From Vulcanimicrobiota bacterium (GTDB lineage: Bacteria > Vulcanimicrobiota > Vulcanimicrobiia > Vulcanimicrobiales > Vulcanimicrobiaceae), in NCBI GenBank assembly GCA_963786105.1, contig CAWAXX010000012.1:32001-96000 (forward strand): a stretch of DNA of 64,000 nt, given 5' to 3'. Below, in pieces: positions 51,644 through 63,051 of the stretch. The notes under the pieces were generated by a model. The model was not told the DNA's origin and searched no databases. It saw nothing but the letters and a program-made list of their open reading frames with translations. The translations under genes were made by a program, and so were the position numbers. Every line of letters begins with the position of its first letter. Position 1 is the first letter of the stretch.

Positions 51644-52958
51644 GCAAGCGCCTTCCGGGCCCCTCGCAATGGACGACCATGCGGCGCCTCTTCCCGGTGC
51701 CGTTTTCGAAGTTCACGCCGTTTCTGCGCGAGATGTCGGCACGATACGGCAATCTGTTTGCATTTTCGGTGCCGTGGAGGCGTTACGTCTTTCTCAACGT
51801 CCCGGCGCTCATCAAAGACGTGTTCGTAACCCAGCAGCAGGCGTTTTCGAAGTCTCTCGGAGCGCGTTCGCTGCGCTTTCTGCTCGGCGAAGGGCTGCTC
51901 ACGAGCGACGAGCCGCTGCACCGGCAAATGCGACGGATCGTACAGCCGGCCTTTCATCGCGAGCGCATCGTACGCTACACCGAGATCATGGAAGAAGCTG
52001 CGGTGAAGTTCGTCGACGGTCTCCAACCGGGTGCAACGATCGATTTTCATGCGGCGATGACGGCGCTGACGCTGCGGATCGCGACGACGACGCTCTTCGG
52101 CAGCGACGAAAGCGGCTCGACGGAAGAGGTCAGCGACGCTTTGGGATTGATGATGGAAGAGTTTCCGCACGTGCTGGTCCCATTCGGGCATTTGCGGCAA
52201 CGCTTGCCGCTTCCGTCGACGCGTCGTTTTCAACGCGCGCGAACGATGCTCGACGATATCATCTACGGTCTGATCGCGCGACGGCGCGAAGGGCGGATGG
52301 CGACAACGGCGACGCGCTTTCGATGTTGCTGGCGGCGCACGATGCGGAAACTGGATATCGTCCAACCGATCGGCAGATCCGCGACGAAGTCATGACGCTG
52401 TTCATGGCCGGACACGAAACCACCGCCAATCTGCTTACCTGGACGTTTTACTTGCTCTCGCAGCATCCCGGCGTCGACGCACGCATGGGAGAGGCGTCGG
52501 ATAGCGGCGATTTCGCCTACGTCTCGCGCGTCGTGCGCGAGAGCCTGCGCCTGTATCCACCGGCCTGGTTGCTCGGGCGAGAGTCGCTGCGCGCGGTAAC
52601 GCTCGTCGACGGAACCGTCATCGCGCCCAACACGACGCTTCTGGTTGCGCCGCTGCTGCTGCACCGGCGAGCCGAATACTTCCGCGATCCGGAGTGATTC
52701 GAGCCCGATCGCTGGCTGAACTGGGAGCCTTCACCGTTTGCATTTTTCCCATTCGGCGGCGGGGCGAGGCGCTGCATCGGCGACGAGTTCGCATTGCGCG
52801 AGGCGGAAATCGTCGCGCGGGCGATCGCGCGACGGTACTCGTTCGCGAAAGATCCGCACGTCGAGGTGGCGACTGCGCCGCTCGTGACGTTGCGACCGGC
52901 CGGCCCGGTGCCGCTGCGCGCGGTGCTGCGAACGTTTTCGCAGAAAGAATCCGCTTAA
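51640..52958 (+). CDS. Cytochrome P450 (frameshift near 52295 and in-frame TGA at 52695); may be a pseudogene or sequencing error
   Basis: AGHETT, ESLRLYPP, PE*F (PERF motif) and FGGGARRCIG heme motif. Confidence 0.85.
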
Positions 52959-53446
52959 AGGAGTTTCTCCATCGCAGCGACGTCCACGTGCTGCCCGTCG
53001 AGGACTCCATGCTGCCGGAAGACGCCGACCTCATCGAAACCGACTCGCCGATAAAGGCTTTTTCCGTGAGCGTTAGCGTTCAAGGCGTAAAGGACGATTT
53101 TGTGAAACGCACCATTCTTGGCGATGCGTGCGAGTTCGAACAGTAAGCCCGTGCCGATCCCGTGACCGCGATGCGAGCGGGCAACGTAGACGGAAAGATC
53201 CGCAATTCCGTCGTGTGCGCAGCGGTGCGAAAAACGGTTGAGCGACGCCCACCCCACCACCTCGCTACCGTCGGTCGCAACCAGAACCGCGTATCGCTCG
53301 TCGTGCTGCGACCACCATTGCGTGAGGTCGCGAGCCGACTTCGGCTGCGCCTCCAGCGTGGCGATCCGATCTTCGATGCCTTCGTTGTAAATACGGCGGA
53401 TCGCGTCGAGATCGCCGGCGGTGGCACGACGGACCTACGCTTCCAA
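52955..53446 (-). CDS. GNAT N-acetyltransferase (PAT/ArsN-like) with in-frame TAG at codon 4
   Basis: IYNEGIEDRIATLE, SVYV..RGHGIG and GFDEVGVF motifs. Confidence 0.8.
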
Positions 53447-54028
53447 TTACGCTTCAGGGCAAGTCGGCGACGGCATGGGGCTCGACCGACAGCGTCCCAG
53501 AGCCGTTTCTCCCAGCACGTCCCGAGCAGCGAACAATAGCACAATCGTAAGTCGACGCGACGCACGTGCGCAAGAACGTCGCTTACCAGGGGCTCGCCTT
53601 CGACGCGCAGCAGTTCGAGCTTCGATCCCGCCGGAATGACGTCGCCGCGCACGATCGAGCTGATCGTCAGATTCGATCGTGCGTGCGTCCGCGCTTCTTC
53701 GTTTTTGGCGGCGTTTCGCTCGGGTTCGATGGCGATGCCCAGGGCCGACCGTCGCGTTCGGACTGTCCGGAGCCTCGATCGGCCGGCCGTCGCGCGTGAC
53801 GACCGCGCGGCGAATCAGCGCCGGACCGATACCGGCGTTGCTGACGTCCAGCTCGAAGTACCTGCCGGTCGACGACGACGTGATGAAGGTAAGGTACGGC
53901 CAAACCGTCGCGCTGTATTGCTGGCGAATCACGTAGGTCTGGTACGCTGAGGCGCCGGCGGCGACCGCGCTGATGAGTAAGGCGCAGAGTGCGATGAACA
54001 GGTCGAACCGAAAGCGCTTCTCGTCCAT
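53447..54028 (-). CDS. Hypothetical membrane-anchored protein with CYCS...CW motif (frameshifted)
   Basis: TM helix, VWPYL and NAGIGPA; LCYCSLLGTCW lies in an alternate frame. Confidence 0.6.
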   Translation of the reverse strand: MDEKRFRFDLFIALCALLISAVAAGASAYQTYVIRQQYSATVWPYLTFITSSSTGRYFELDVSNAGIGPALIRRAVVTRDGRPIEAPDSPNATVGPGHRHRTRAKRRQKRRSADARTIESDDQLDRARRRHSGGIEARTAARRRRAPGKRRSCARASRRLTIVLLFAARDVLGETALGRCRSSPMPSPTCPEA

Positions 54029-54085
54029 GTCTCCACTTTCAAGCGGGAGCGAAACCGTTCCGTCCGCATTGCGGTAAGGAAGGTC

Positions 54086-54768
54086 ATGCCGTACGCGGTC
54101 GTGCTCGCTCTCGCCTGGTCGCTCTTCGGAAGCGGCGCCCACGCCGAACAGCAGTTTCACTTTGCGACCACGGCGGCAGCCGCACGTGCGCGTCGAAACG
54201 GCCAACGGATTTATCGGCGTGACCGCCGGCAAGGCCGGCGCGGGCGTGAGCGTCACCGTGACGAAGCGAGCCGATACCGCCGACGAGGTGCGCGCCCTCG
54301 GCGTTGCGACCGACCAGCGCGGGAACGCGATTTCGCTGCGCGCGGTCTATCCCAAAGGGTGCGGCGGCTCGTGCGGAGGCGAAATCTCGTTTGCGGTGAC
54401 GGTCCCTCCGGGAACCGGTTTGGACTCTAAGAACCAGCAACGGTCACGTCGACGCGAGCGGCATCACCGCCGACGCCAGCCTGGTCTCGAGCAACGGTTC
54501 GGTGAGCGCGTCGTTCGCAAGCTTCACCGGAGTGAAGCGCGTGTCGCTCGAGACGAGCAACGGTCAGATTTCGCTCGAGTTACCCGCTGCGGCCAAGATC
54601 GGCCGGCTGCATGCGGAGACCTCGGTCGGCAAAATCTCGAGCGACTGGCCGTTGCGCATCGATCGCTCGAACTTCGTGGGAGGCAGCGTGGATCAGACGC
54701 TCAATCCGGGCGGCGCGTCCATCAGCCTCACCACAACCAATGGCTCGATCACCCTTAAGAAGATTTAG
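54086..54768 (+). CDS. DUF4097-like beta-strand repeat secreted protein (frameshifted)
   Basis: Signal peptide; repeated TSNG/TTNG units. Confidence 0.65.
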
Positions 54769-54857
54769 CATTCGGTAGAAATTGCGGGTACCGCCGCTCG
54801 GAATTTCTCGTGGCGAATAATTCCGAGCGACGGTCGCCGGCACTTTCCACCTAATGC
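54768..54857. repeat. ~90-bp imperfect palindrome between convergent genes
   Basis: Core cgctcggaatt/aattccgagcg, extended by accg/cggt and gcatt/aatgc. Confidence 0.65.
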
Positions 54858-54859
54858 CT

Positions 54860-56239
<1,380 letters not shown>

Positions 56240-56255
56240 GACTGGTTCCTCGTTC

Positions 56256-57317
56256 TTAGACCTGAGCGTATTTTTCGTTGAAATAGGCGTGCACGCCCGG
56301 ATGATCGCGCAGCGTTTGCAGAGCCGTATCGGCATGGCCCTTGGTGTAGCCGTTGCCGACGATCATCGTCACGTCGCGACCCACGCCCTCGGCGCCCAGC
56401 GCGGCGGCGGTAAACGACGTCGACATCGAAAAGAAGTAGACGATTCCCTCGTCTTTCGCGCAGAGAATCGAGCCGAGCTCGGTGCCCGGCACGTTCACGC
56501 AGTTGACCACGACGTCGGCGAGTGCCGGCGCGATCGCGGCCACCTTTTCGCTCACGTCGAGCGCGTTGCGTGCGTCGGCGACGACGACGTCGTCGACGAG
56601 AGCGAGGCGCTTCAGTAGCTGCGCCGCGGGCGTCGTATCGTCGGGCACGATGCCGACGACCCGGCCGGTCGCTCCAACCCGAGATTTTGCTTGGGCGCAG
56701 GACAGCAGGCCGCTCTTGCCGTCGGCACCGACGATAACCACCGTTTGACCCGGCGAACACAGACGAGCTACTTGCGCGGGTGCCCCGGCGACGTCGAGAA
56801 CTGCAAGCGCGACGTTTTGATCGATGTCCTCTGGGAGTCTCGCCCACAGAGCGCTTGCGAACAGAACCGCCTGGCCCCGAATCCAGACGCGGCCGGTCGC
56901 GAGATCGACGCGGGTGACGGCTTCGATGCGCAGTGGCGTCAAGGTAAGCGATACGAGCGATGCAATGCGCTCTCCGCGGACAAGTCCCACGCGATCGCGC
57001 AACGCTTGCCCGACTTCGCGGACGCGTCCGACGAACATGCCGCCGCTGCCGGTCACCGGGTTGTGCTGCTTGCCGCGACGCTCGACGATGCCGGTGATGT
57101 GCGCGGCGATCCGATCGGCGTCGCCGCTGCATTCGTCGGCGATCTGCTTGAACGACGCCGAATCGATGTTGAGGATTTCTACATCGCAGAGAATTTCGTT
57201 GTCGAGCGCGACCGGCGTATTATCGAGTTGCCACGCGCTTTGCGGCATCGCGCCGGCCGGTTCGAGAACCCGGTGGGTGCCCAGCGGATGGAGGCGGCGT
57301 TCGGAAACGGTGCTCAC
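56256..57317 (-). CDS. kdd: L-erythro-3,5-diaminohexanoate dehydrogenase
   Basis: GTHRVLEP, LNIDSASF, KQHNPVTGSGGM, LVSLTLTPL and AALGAEG motifs. Confidence 0.9.
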   Translation of the reverse strand: MSTVSERRLHPLGTHRVLEPAGAMPQSAWQLDNTPVALDNEILCDVEILNIDSASFKQIADECSGDADRIAAHITGIVERRGKQHNPVTGSGGMFVGRVREVGQALRDRVGLVRGERIASLVSLTLTPLRIEAVTRVDLATGRVWIRGQAVLFASALWARLPEDIDQNVALAVLDVAGAPAQVARLCSPGQTVVIVGADGKSGLLSCAQAKSRVGATGRVVGIVPDDTTPAAQLLKRLALVDDVVVADARNALDVSEKVAAIAPALADVVVNCVNVPGTELGSILCAKDEGIVYFFSMSTSFTAAALGAEGVGRDVTMIVGNGYTKGHADTALQTLRDHPGVHAYFNEKYAQV

Positions 57318-57784
57318 GACTGAACCGTCACTCCGCCGCGGTCGTACGGCGTGGTGAGGACGATGGTCGTGCGGGTACGAGCCATCCCCGGCATGCCTTT
57401 AAGGCGGGCAAGCAGGTCGTCCAGGTGCTTGGTCGAGCCGGTGACGACCTTGCAGACGAAGGTCTCCTCGCCGGCTACGGAATGCACTTCGCACACCTCC
57501 GGCATCTCGCCGAGCGCGCGGGTGAAGTCGTCGTAGTTGCAGTCTGGGGCGGTATACAGGCTGACGAAGGCGGTCAGGAGCAGGCCGAGACGCTTCGCGT
57601 CGAGTTGCGCCGAATAGCGTTGAATGTATCCACGCTGCTCGAGACGCTTGACGCGATCGTGAACGGCCGGAGCCTTCAGTCCGACGATCGATCCCAGCTC
57701 GGCAAAGGTGGAGCGTGCGTTGCTTTGCAGCGCATCCAAGAGTTGCAGGTCGAGTTCGTCGAGTTCTTCTGTCGTCGCTACCAT
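57314..57784 (-). CDS. Lrp/AsnC family transcriptional regulator
   Basis: LDELDLQLL..LQ.NAR HTH, RVKRLE..G.I and HSVAGE motifs. Confidence 0.93.
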   Translation of the reverse strand: MVATTEELDELDLQLLDALQSNARSTFAELGSIVGLKAPAVHDRVKRLEQRGYIQRYSAQLDAKRLGLLLTAFVSLYTAPDCNYDDFTRALGEMPEVCEVHSVAGEETFVCKVVTGSTKHLDDLLARLKGMPGMARTRTTIVLTTPYDRGGVTVQS

Positions 57785-57785
57785 A

Positions 57786-57854
57786 TTCGCCAAGGAGGAC
57801 TATTTGCCGAACAATCTTCGGCTGTCAAACTATAGCACCAACGATTTATTCGGC
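57786..57854. promoter_or_regulatory. Phased Lrp-type operator sites
   Basis: Palindrome gccgaa-caatc-ttcggc at 57806-57822; TTCG(G/C)C half-sites end at 57791, 57822 and 57854. Confidence 0.5.
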
Positions 57855-59462
57855 GCAAGGGGGCGAGTCGTAAGCTTCCTGACGGCGGCCATAATCTTGC
57901 TCGGGGGCTGCGGGCGCGTTTCGGGGCCGCCTTACGCCCCGGCAGAAACCATCCGGTTCGCCCTGGCCGCCGACCCACAGACGCTCAATCCGCTGCTTCT
58001 CCACCCCGACGCGGCGTCGGTGGAGCACCAGGTCGCCCGACTCTCCTTCGAGCCGTTCGTCGACCTCGACGCGCGCGGGAGGCCCATCCCCGCCCTGTTA
58101 GCCGTAATTCCGGCGCGTGCTAACGGTGGCGTGTCGGCGGACGGCAGGACCATCGTTTATCGCCTGCGTCGCGGCGTCAAATGGAGCGACGGCGTCCAGG
58201 TAACCTCAGAAGACGTGCTCTTCACGTTGCACGCAATTCTCAATCCGCGCAATCCGGTTCGCTCGCAGGAAGGTTACGACTTGATCGACCACGCGACGGC
58301 GCCTGACGCGCAAACCGTCGTCTTTCACTTAAAGCACGCGTGGGCACCGGCGGTGATGACGTATTTTTCGTATGGGTTCGCTCCGCAGTTCGTTTTACCG
58401 GCGCACGTGCTGCGGACGCAGCAGCCACTCGCGCAAGCGCCCTTCAATGCGGCACCAACCGTCGGTGACGGTCCGTATCGCTTCGATTCGTGGCGACGCG
58501 GAGAAGGACTCTGGTACTCGGCCAACCCGTCCTACTGGCGCGGCAAGCCGGCCGTCGCGCGCCTCGCGGTGCGCGTTATCCCCGATCCGACAACGAACCT
58601 GTTGCTGCTGCAATCCGGCCAGCTGGATTGGAATCTGGTCGCTCCGGCTCAGCTTTCGGTGCTGCGCGGTAAGCCCGGCATCGCATACGTAAGCGTTCCT
58701 ACCGCGGTTGTCGCCGGGCTCGCGTTCAATACGCAGCACGCTCCACTCGACGACGTCCGCATCCGGCGCGCTATCGCGATGTCGATCGATCGTGATGCGA
58801 TTTCGCGCAAGATTACGCTCGGGATCTATCCGGTCACGAACATGATTCAGCCGCAGTTTTCGTGGGCGTTCGATCGATCGGTACGCGAGCCGGATTACGA
58901 CCCGGCGGCAGCCGACGAAACGTTCGACGCCGCAGGTTGGCGCAGGGGGGCCGACGGCATCCGCCGCAAAGCGGGGCGCCCGCTGGAACTGCTGTACGTG
59001 CAGTTTCCGGAGACGACAACCGGGGTCCGGGTAGCGACCGCCGTGCAAGCGTCGCTGCGCGAGCGAGGGGTAGCGGTGAGCATCAAAGCGGTCGCCAACG
59101 CACAGCTCTTCCTGCCACGGACCGGCGTACTGGCGGCCGGCGCCTTCGATCTCGCATACATCCCCTGGACGATGGGTCCCGACCCCGACGACTCCTCGAT
59201 TCTACGATGCGGCGCGCCGTCCAACTACATGCGGTGGTGCGATCGCCGCGTCGACGCACTCGAGCGCGCGGCATTGGCATCGATCGACCAGGCGGTGCGT
59301 AAACGAACGTACGCGCGAATCGGACGGATCGTCGCCGCCGACGTCCCCATTCTCTATCTTTTTAACGCCGATTACGTGTACGCGTATCGCAAGCGGCTTG
59401 GCGGTTTTGCACCGAACGCATTCCTGCCGACCTGGAACGCTTTCGCTTGGCAGCTGCGCTAG
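57804..59462 (+). CDS. Peptide ABC transporter substrate-binding lipoprotein (family 5); start uncertain
   Basis: LGGC lipobox, WSDGVQVTSEDV and VGDGPY motifs; AAGGAGG precedes TTG at 57804. Confidence 0.88.
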   Translation: MPNNLRLSNYSTNDLFGARGRVVSFLTAAIILLGGCGRVSGPPYAPAETIRFALAADPQTLNPLLLHPDAASVEHQVARLSFEPFVDLDARGRPIPALLAVIPARANGGVSADGRTIVYRLRRGVKWSDGVQVTSEDVLFTLHAILNPRNPVRSQEGYDLIDHATAPDAQTVVFHLKHAWAPAVMTYFSYGFAPQFVLPAHVLRTQQPLAQAPFNAAPTVGDGPYRFDSWRRGEGLWYSANPSYWRGKPAVARLAVRVIPDPTTNLLLLQSGQLDWNLVAPAQLSVLRGKPGIAYVSVPTAVVAGLAFNTQHAPLDDVRIRRAIAMSIDRDAISRKITLGIYPVTNMIQPQFSWAFDRSVREPDYDPAAADETFDAAGWRRGADGIRRKAGRPLELLYVQFPETTTGVRVATAVQASLRERGVAVSIKAVANAQLFLPRTGVLAAGAFDLAYIPWTMGPDPDDSSILRCGAPSNYMRWCDRRVDALERAALASIDQAVRKRTYARIGRIVAADVPILYLFNADYVYAYRKRLGGFAPNAFLPTWNAFAWQLR

Positions 59463-59558
59463 CAATCCCGCTGGGGCGACGCTGACAAAGGCGGGATCGG
59501 CGCTTAACAGGCGGTGGCCCCCTCGCCTGGCGAAAAGCGCGCCCGGGAGCCTGAACTC

Positions 59559-62500
59559 TTGATCGAAGCCTTCCTCAAACGTCCGCTATTTGCCGGCGTT
59601 CTGAGCTTTGTAGTGCTGCTGGCGGGCTTGATTTGCATTCCGATCTTGCCGATTTCGCAGTACCCGCAAATCTCGCCGCCGACGGTGACGGTGACGGCAA
59701 ACTTTCCGGGGGCGGATGCCGAGGCGGTGGTGCGCTCGGTGACGACGCCCTTAGAGATCAACATCAACGGTGCCGACGGCCTGCAGTATATGCAGTCGTA
59801 CTCCAGCTCGAACGGCATCGTCACCATCACCTGCACGTTTGCGCTCGGGACCGACCCGACGACCGATCAAACCAACGTGCAACACGGCGTCGACCTCACG
59901 CTCGCGCAGCTGCCCACCGCGGTACAGCAGCAAGGCGTGTCCGTGCAAAAGAGTTCGGGCAACATCACCATCGCGGTCGCTATGACGTCGACGAGCTCGT
60001 CCGTGAGCGACGTTGCGGTGAGCAACTACGCCGACATCAACGTCATCGAGGATCTCAAACGGATTCGCGGAGTCGGGAAAGTCGAAGTGCTCGGTGACCG
60101 TACGTACGGCATGCGCGTTTGGGTCGATCCGCATAAACTGCAAGCCAACGCGATTTCGCTGGATACCGTTCTCAACGCCATCCAGCAACAGAACCAGGAC
60201 GTCGCCCCCGGCGCCATCGGACAGGCGCCGACGACAGGCTCGCAGCCCTTTCAGATCCCCATTAAGGTCAACGGCCGGCTTCAGACTCCGCAAGAGTTCA
60301 AACAAATCGTGGTGGCGGCCCAACCCAACGGCGGTTACCTGCGCCTCGGCGACGTCGCCGACGTCGAACTCGGTGCGCAAAACTACGTAACCTCCGGACG
60401 ATACAACGGCCGAACTGCGGTCGTCTTGGCGATCGAAGGTGAGCCGACCGCCAACTCCCTTCAGATTTCGACGAACGTGCGCGCGACGATGGAACGCCTG
60501 AAGCCGTTTTTCCCGAGCGGAATGGATTACGCGATTGCCTTCGACACGTCGGATTTCGTCCGGGCGTCGATCAAGGAAGTCGTCGTGACGCTTTTGATCG
60601 CCATCCTGCTGGTCGTGCTCGTCATCTTCATCTTCTTGCAGAATTGGCACAGCACGCTGATTCCATCGATAACGATCCCGGTTTCGCTGATCGGCACCTT
60701 TGCGGCCATGAAGGTGATGGGCTTTACCATTAATACCCTCACCTTGTTCGGCCTTACGCTCGCGACCGGGCTGGTAGTCGACGACGCGATCGTCGTTTTG
60801 GAAAACATCGTGCGTCACATCGTCGACGACAAAGTCAGCGGTTTTGAAGCGACGAAGCGCGCCATGAAGGAAATCACCGGCGCGGTCATTGCCACCTCGC
60901 TGGTGCTCATGTCGGTTTTCATCCCGGTGGCGTTTCTGCCGGGAACCACGGGCTTGCTGTACCAGCAGTTCGCGCTCACGATGGCCGCGTCCATCGGCAT
61001 TTCGTTGTTCACGGCGCTGACGCTGGCGCCGGTTTTGACCTACGAGCTGGTCCACAGCGAAGAGCCCAGCAAGAACCCGTTCCTGATGTGGTTCAATCGC
61101 CGGCTGCTGGCGTTGAAGGCGTGGTATACGAGCTGGGTCCCCAGACTCGTCGCCCATCGAAGAATCATGGTCGCGATTTTCATCGGCGGTATCGTCTTGC
61201 TGGGCGTGCTGTTCCAGATCACGCCGCAAGGTTTCTTACCGACGGAAGACCAGAGCTTGCTGTACGTGATCGTCACCCTGCCGACTAGCTCCTCACTCGA
61301 TCAAACCACGGTCGTCGTGAAGAAGCTCGAGCGTCTCATGATGAAGATGCCGCAGGTCGAGGCGGTCACGTCGGGCATCGGCTTCGGCTTCGCCAACACC
61401 AGCGCCAATCAAGCAACGCTCTTCGTGCAGCTGCATCCGCTGGCGGACCGGCACGGGTTGGCCAATAGCTCGCTCAATCTGCAGTACAACCTGTACAATC
61501 AGTTTCTCGCGATTCCCGGGATGACGGCACTGCCCGCAAATCCGCCGGCGATCCCGGGCCTCGGCTCGACGGGCGGCTTCGCGATCGAGATCCAAGACAT
61601 CAACAATCTCGGGTTACCGGCGCTCAACAAAGTCGGCAACTCGATTCTCGCCAAAGCCGAAAAAGACAAGCAGCTATCGCAAGTCTACATTCCGACGCTG
61701 CTGACCGGGCCGTACGTCGTGGCCAAGTTCAACCGTTCGAAAGCGCTGGCTCTCGGCGTCTCCGCATCGAGTTTCTTCGACACGCTCGATGCGACCACCG
61801 GCGCCGCCTTCGTGAACTTCTTCGACTATGGAAGCCGCTCGTACAACGTCCTGGTGCAGGCCGGTGCGAAATACCGAACCGTTCCCGAAGACCTGAACCG
61901 CATTTACGTCGCCAACGCGAACGGTGCCATGATGCCGGTCTCGCAGCTCCTCGACATCTCGAAAACGACCGCCAACGTTACGATCATGCGGTTCAACGAG
62001 TACAACGCCTACGAGATCGACGGCTCGCCCGGTAACAACGCCAGCTCGGGCCAAGCGCTCGACGCGATGGCGAAGCTGGCGACGGACAACATGCCCAAGG
62101 GCATGAAATACGATTGGAGCGGTATCGCGCGCCAGCAAGTGCAGAGCGGACCGCAAACCATTCTGGTGTTCGCGATGGGGTTGCTCTTCGTATTCCTCGT
62201 GCTCGTCGCGCAGTACGAAAGCCTGACCACGCCGTTCGTCATCATGATGGCGGTTCCACTCGCGTTGGTCGGCGCCGTGGGCGGAATCTACATCCGCCGC
62301 CTGTGCGAGCTTCTCAGCATCGTCGTCCATTCGAAGCTGGCAGGTCACCTCGTTCTCGTGCCGCAGACCTCCAGCGATATCTACGCACAAATCGGCTACG
62401 TCATGCTCATCGGCCTGGCCGCAAAGAACGCGATTCTCATCGTCGAGTTTGCCAATCAGTTGCGCGAGCAAGGGCGCGAAACGATCGATGCCGTCACGCA

Positions 62501-62810
62501 CGCCGCGGCCGAGCGCTTACGTCCGATTTTGATGACGTCGATTGCGTTCATCCTGGGCATCTTGCCGCTGGCTTTCGCGCACGGTGACGGCGCGCAGTCG
62601 CGCATTTCGCTCGGCACCGCCGTGCTCGGCGGAATGATCGTTTCGACGGTTATGAACTTAGCGATCGTCCCGGTGCTCTACGTCATCGTCGTCAACTGGA
62701 GCGAGCGCAAGAAGAAAAAAGATCCGACGATTTCACCGCCCCACCCGCCGCCGCCGCACATCGCGGAGCCGCCCCCGCACCTGCCCGAACCGCCGCCAGC
62801 CGTCGTGTAA
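59559..62810 (+). CDS. RND efflux transporter permease (AcrB/HAE1-like)
   Basis: LPISQYPQISPP, GLVVDDAIVVLEN, GLAAKNAILIVEFA and RLRPILMTS motifs. Confidence 0.95.
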   Translation: MIEAFLKRPLFAGVLSFVVLLAGLICIPILPISQYPQISPPTVTVTANFPGADAEAVVRSVTTPLEININGADGLQYMQSYSSSNGIVTITCTFALGTDPTTDQTNVQHGVDLTLAQLPTAVQQQGVSVQKSSGNITIAVAMTSTSSSVSDVAVSNYADINVIEDLKRIRGVGKVEVLGDRTYGMRVWVDPHKLQANAISLDTVLNAIQQQNQDVAPGAIGQAPTTGSQPFQIPIKVNGRLQTPQEFKQIVVAAQPNGGYLRLGDVADVELGAQNYVTSGRYNGRTAVVLAIEGEPTANSLQISTNVRATMERLKPFFPSGMDYAIAFDTSDFVRASIKEVVVTLLIAILLVVLVIFIFLQNWHSTLIPSITIPVSLIGTFAAMKVMGFTINTLTLFGLTLATGLVVDDAIVVLENIVRHIVDDKVSGFEATKRAMKEITGAVIATSLVLMSVFIPVAFLPGTTGLLYQQFALTMAASIGISLFTALTLAPVLTYELVHSEEPSKNPFLMWFNRRLLALKAWYTSWVPRLVAHRRIMVAIFIGGIVLLGVLFQITPQGFLPTEDQSLLYVIVTLPTSSSLDQTTVVVKKLERLMMKMPQVEAVTSGIGFGFANTSANQATLFVQLHPLADRHGLANSSLNLQYNLYNQFLAIPGMTALPANPPAIPGLGSTGGFAIEIQDINNLGLPALNKVGNSILAKAEKDKQLSQVYIPTLLTGPYVVAKFNRSKALALGVSASSFFDTLDATTGAAFVNFFDYGSRSYNVLVQAGAKYRTVPEDLNRIYVANANGAMMPVSQLLDISKTTANVTIMRFNEYNAYEIDGSPGNNASSGQALDAMAKLATDNMPKGMKYDWSGIARQQVQSGPQTILVFAMGLLFVFLVLVAQYESLTTPFVIMMAVPLALVGAVGGIYIRRLCELLSIVVHSKLAGHLVLVPQTSSDIYAQIGYVMLIGLAAKNAILIVEFANQLREQGRETIDAVTHAAAERLRPILMTSIAFILGILPLAFAHGDGAQSRISLGTAVLGGMIVSTVMNLAIVPVLYVIVVNWSERKKKKDPTISPPHPPPPHIAEPPPHLPEPPPAVV

Positions 62811-62835
62811 GGCAAACGCCGTGCACCGATAGCGG

Positions 62836-63046
62836 TGTCATCCTGAGCGGAGCTCGCGCAGCGGTGCCATCCTGAGCGGAGCTCGCAGCGAGCGCAGTCG
62901 AAGGACGCACCGTTACGTCAGCCGATATGGGAGGGGCGCGTTAGCACGCACAGGGTAACGCGCCCCTCCCAAAATCAATCGGTTGAGTGAATCGATGTGC
63001 GCTCGTCCTTCGACTGCGCGCCCGCGGCGCTCCGCTCAGGATGACA
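62836..63046. repeat. REP/BIME-like nested palindromic element, copy B
   Basis: Same unit arrangement as 49902-50201; perfect 16-bp inner inverted repeat tgggaggggcgcgtta/taacgcgcccctccca. Confidence 0.8.
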
Positions 63047-63051
63047 AGGGA

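Noticed and set aside
52695..52697. Selenocysteine codon in the P450
   Set aside because: The position corresponds to Arg of the PERF motif, not Cys, and no convincing SECIS is evident.
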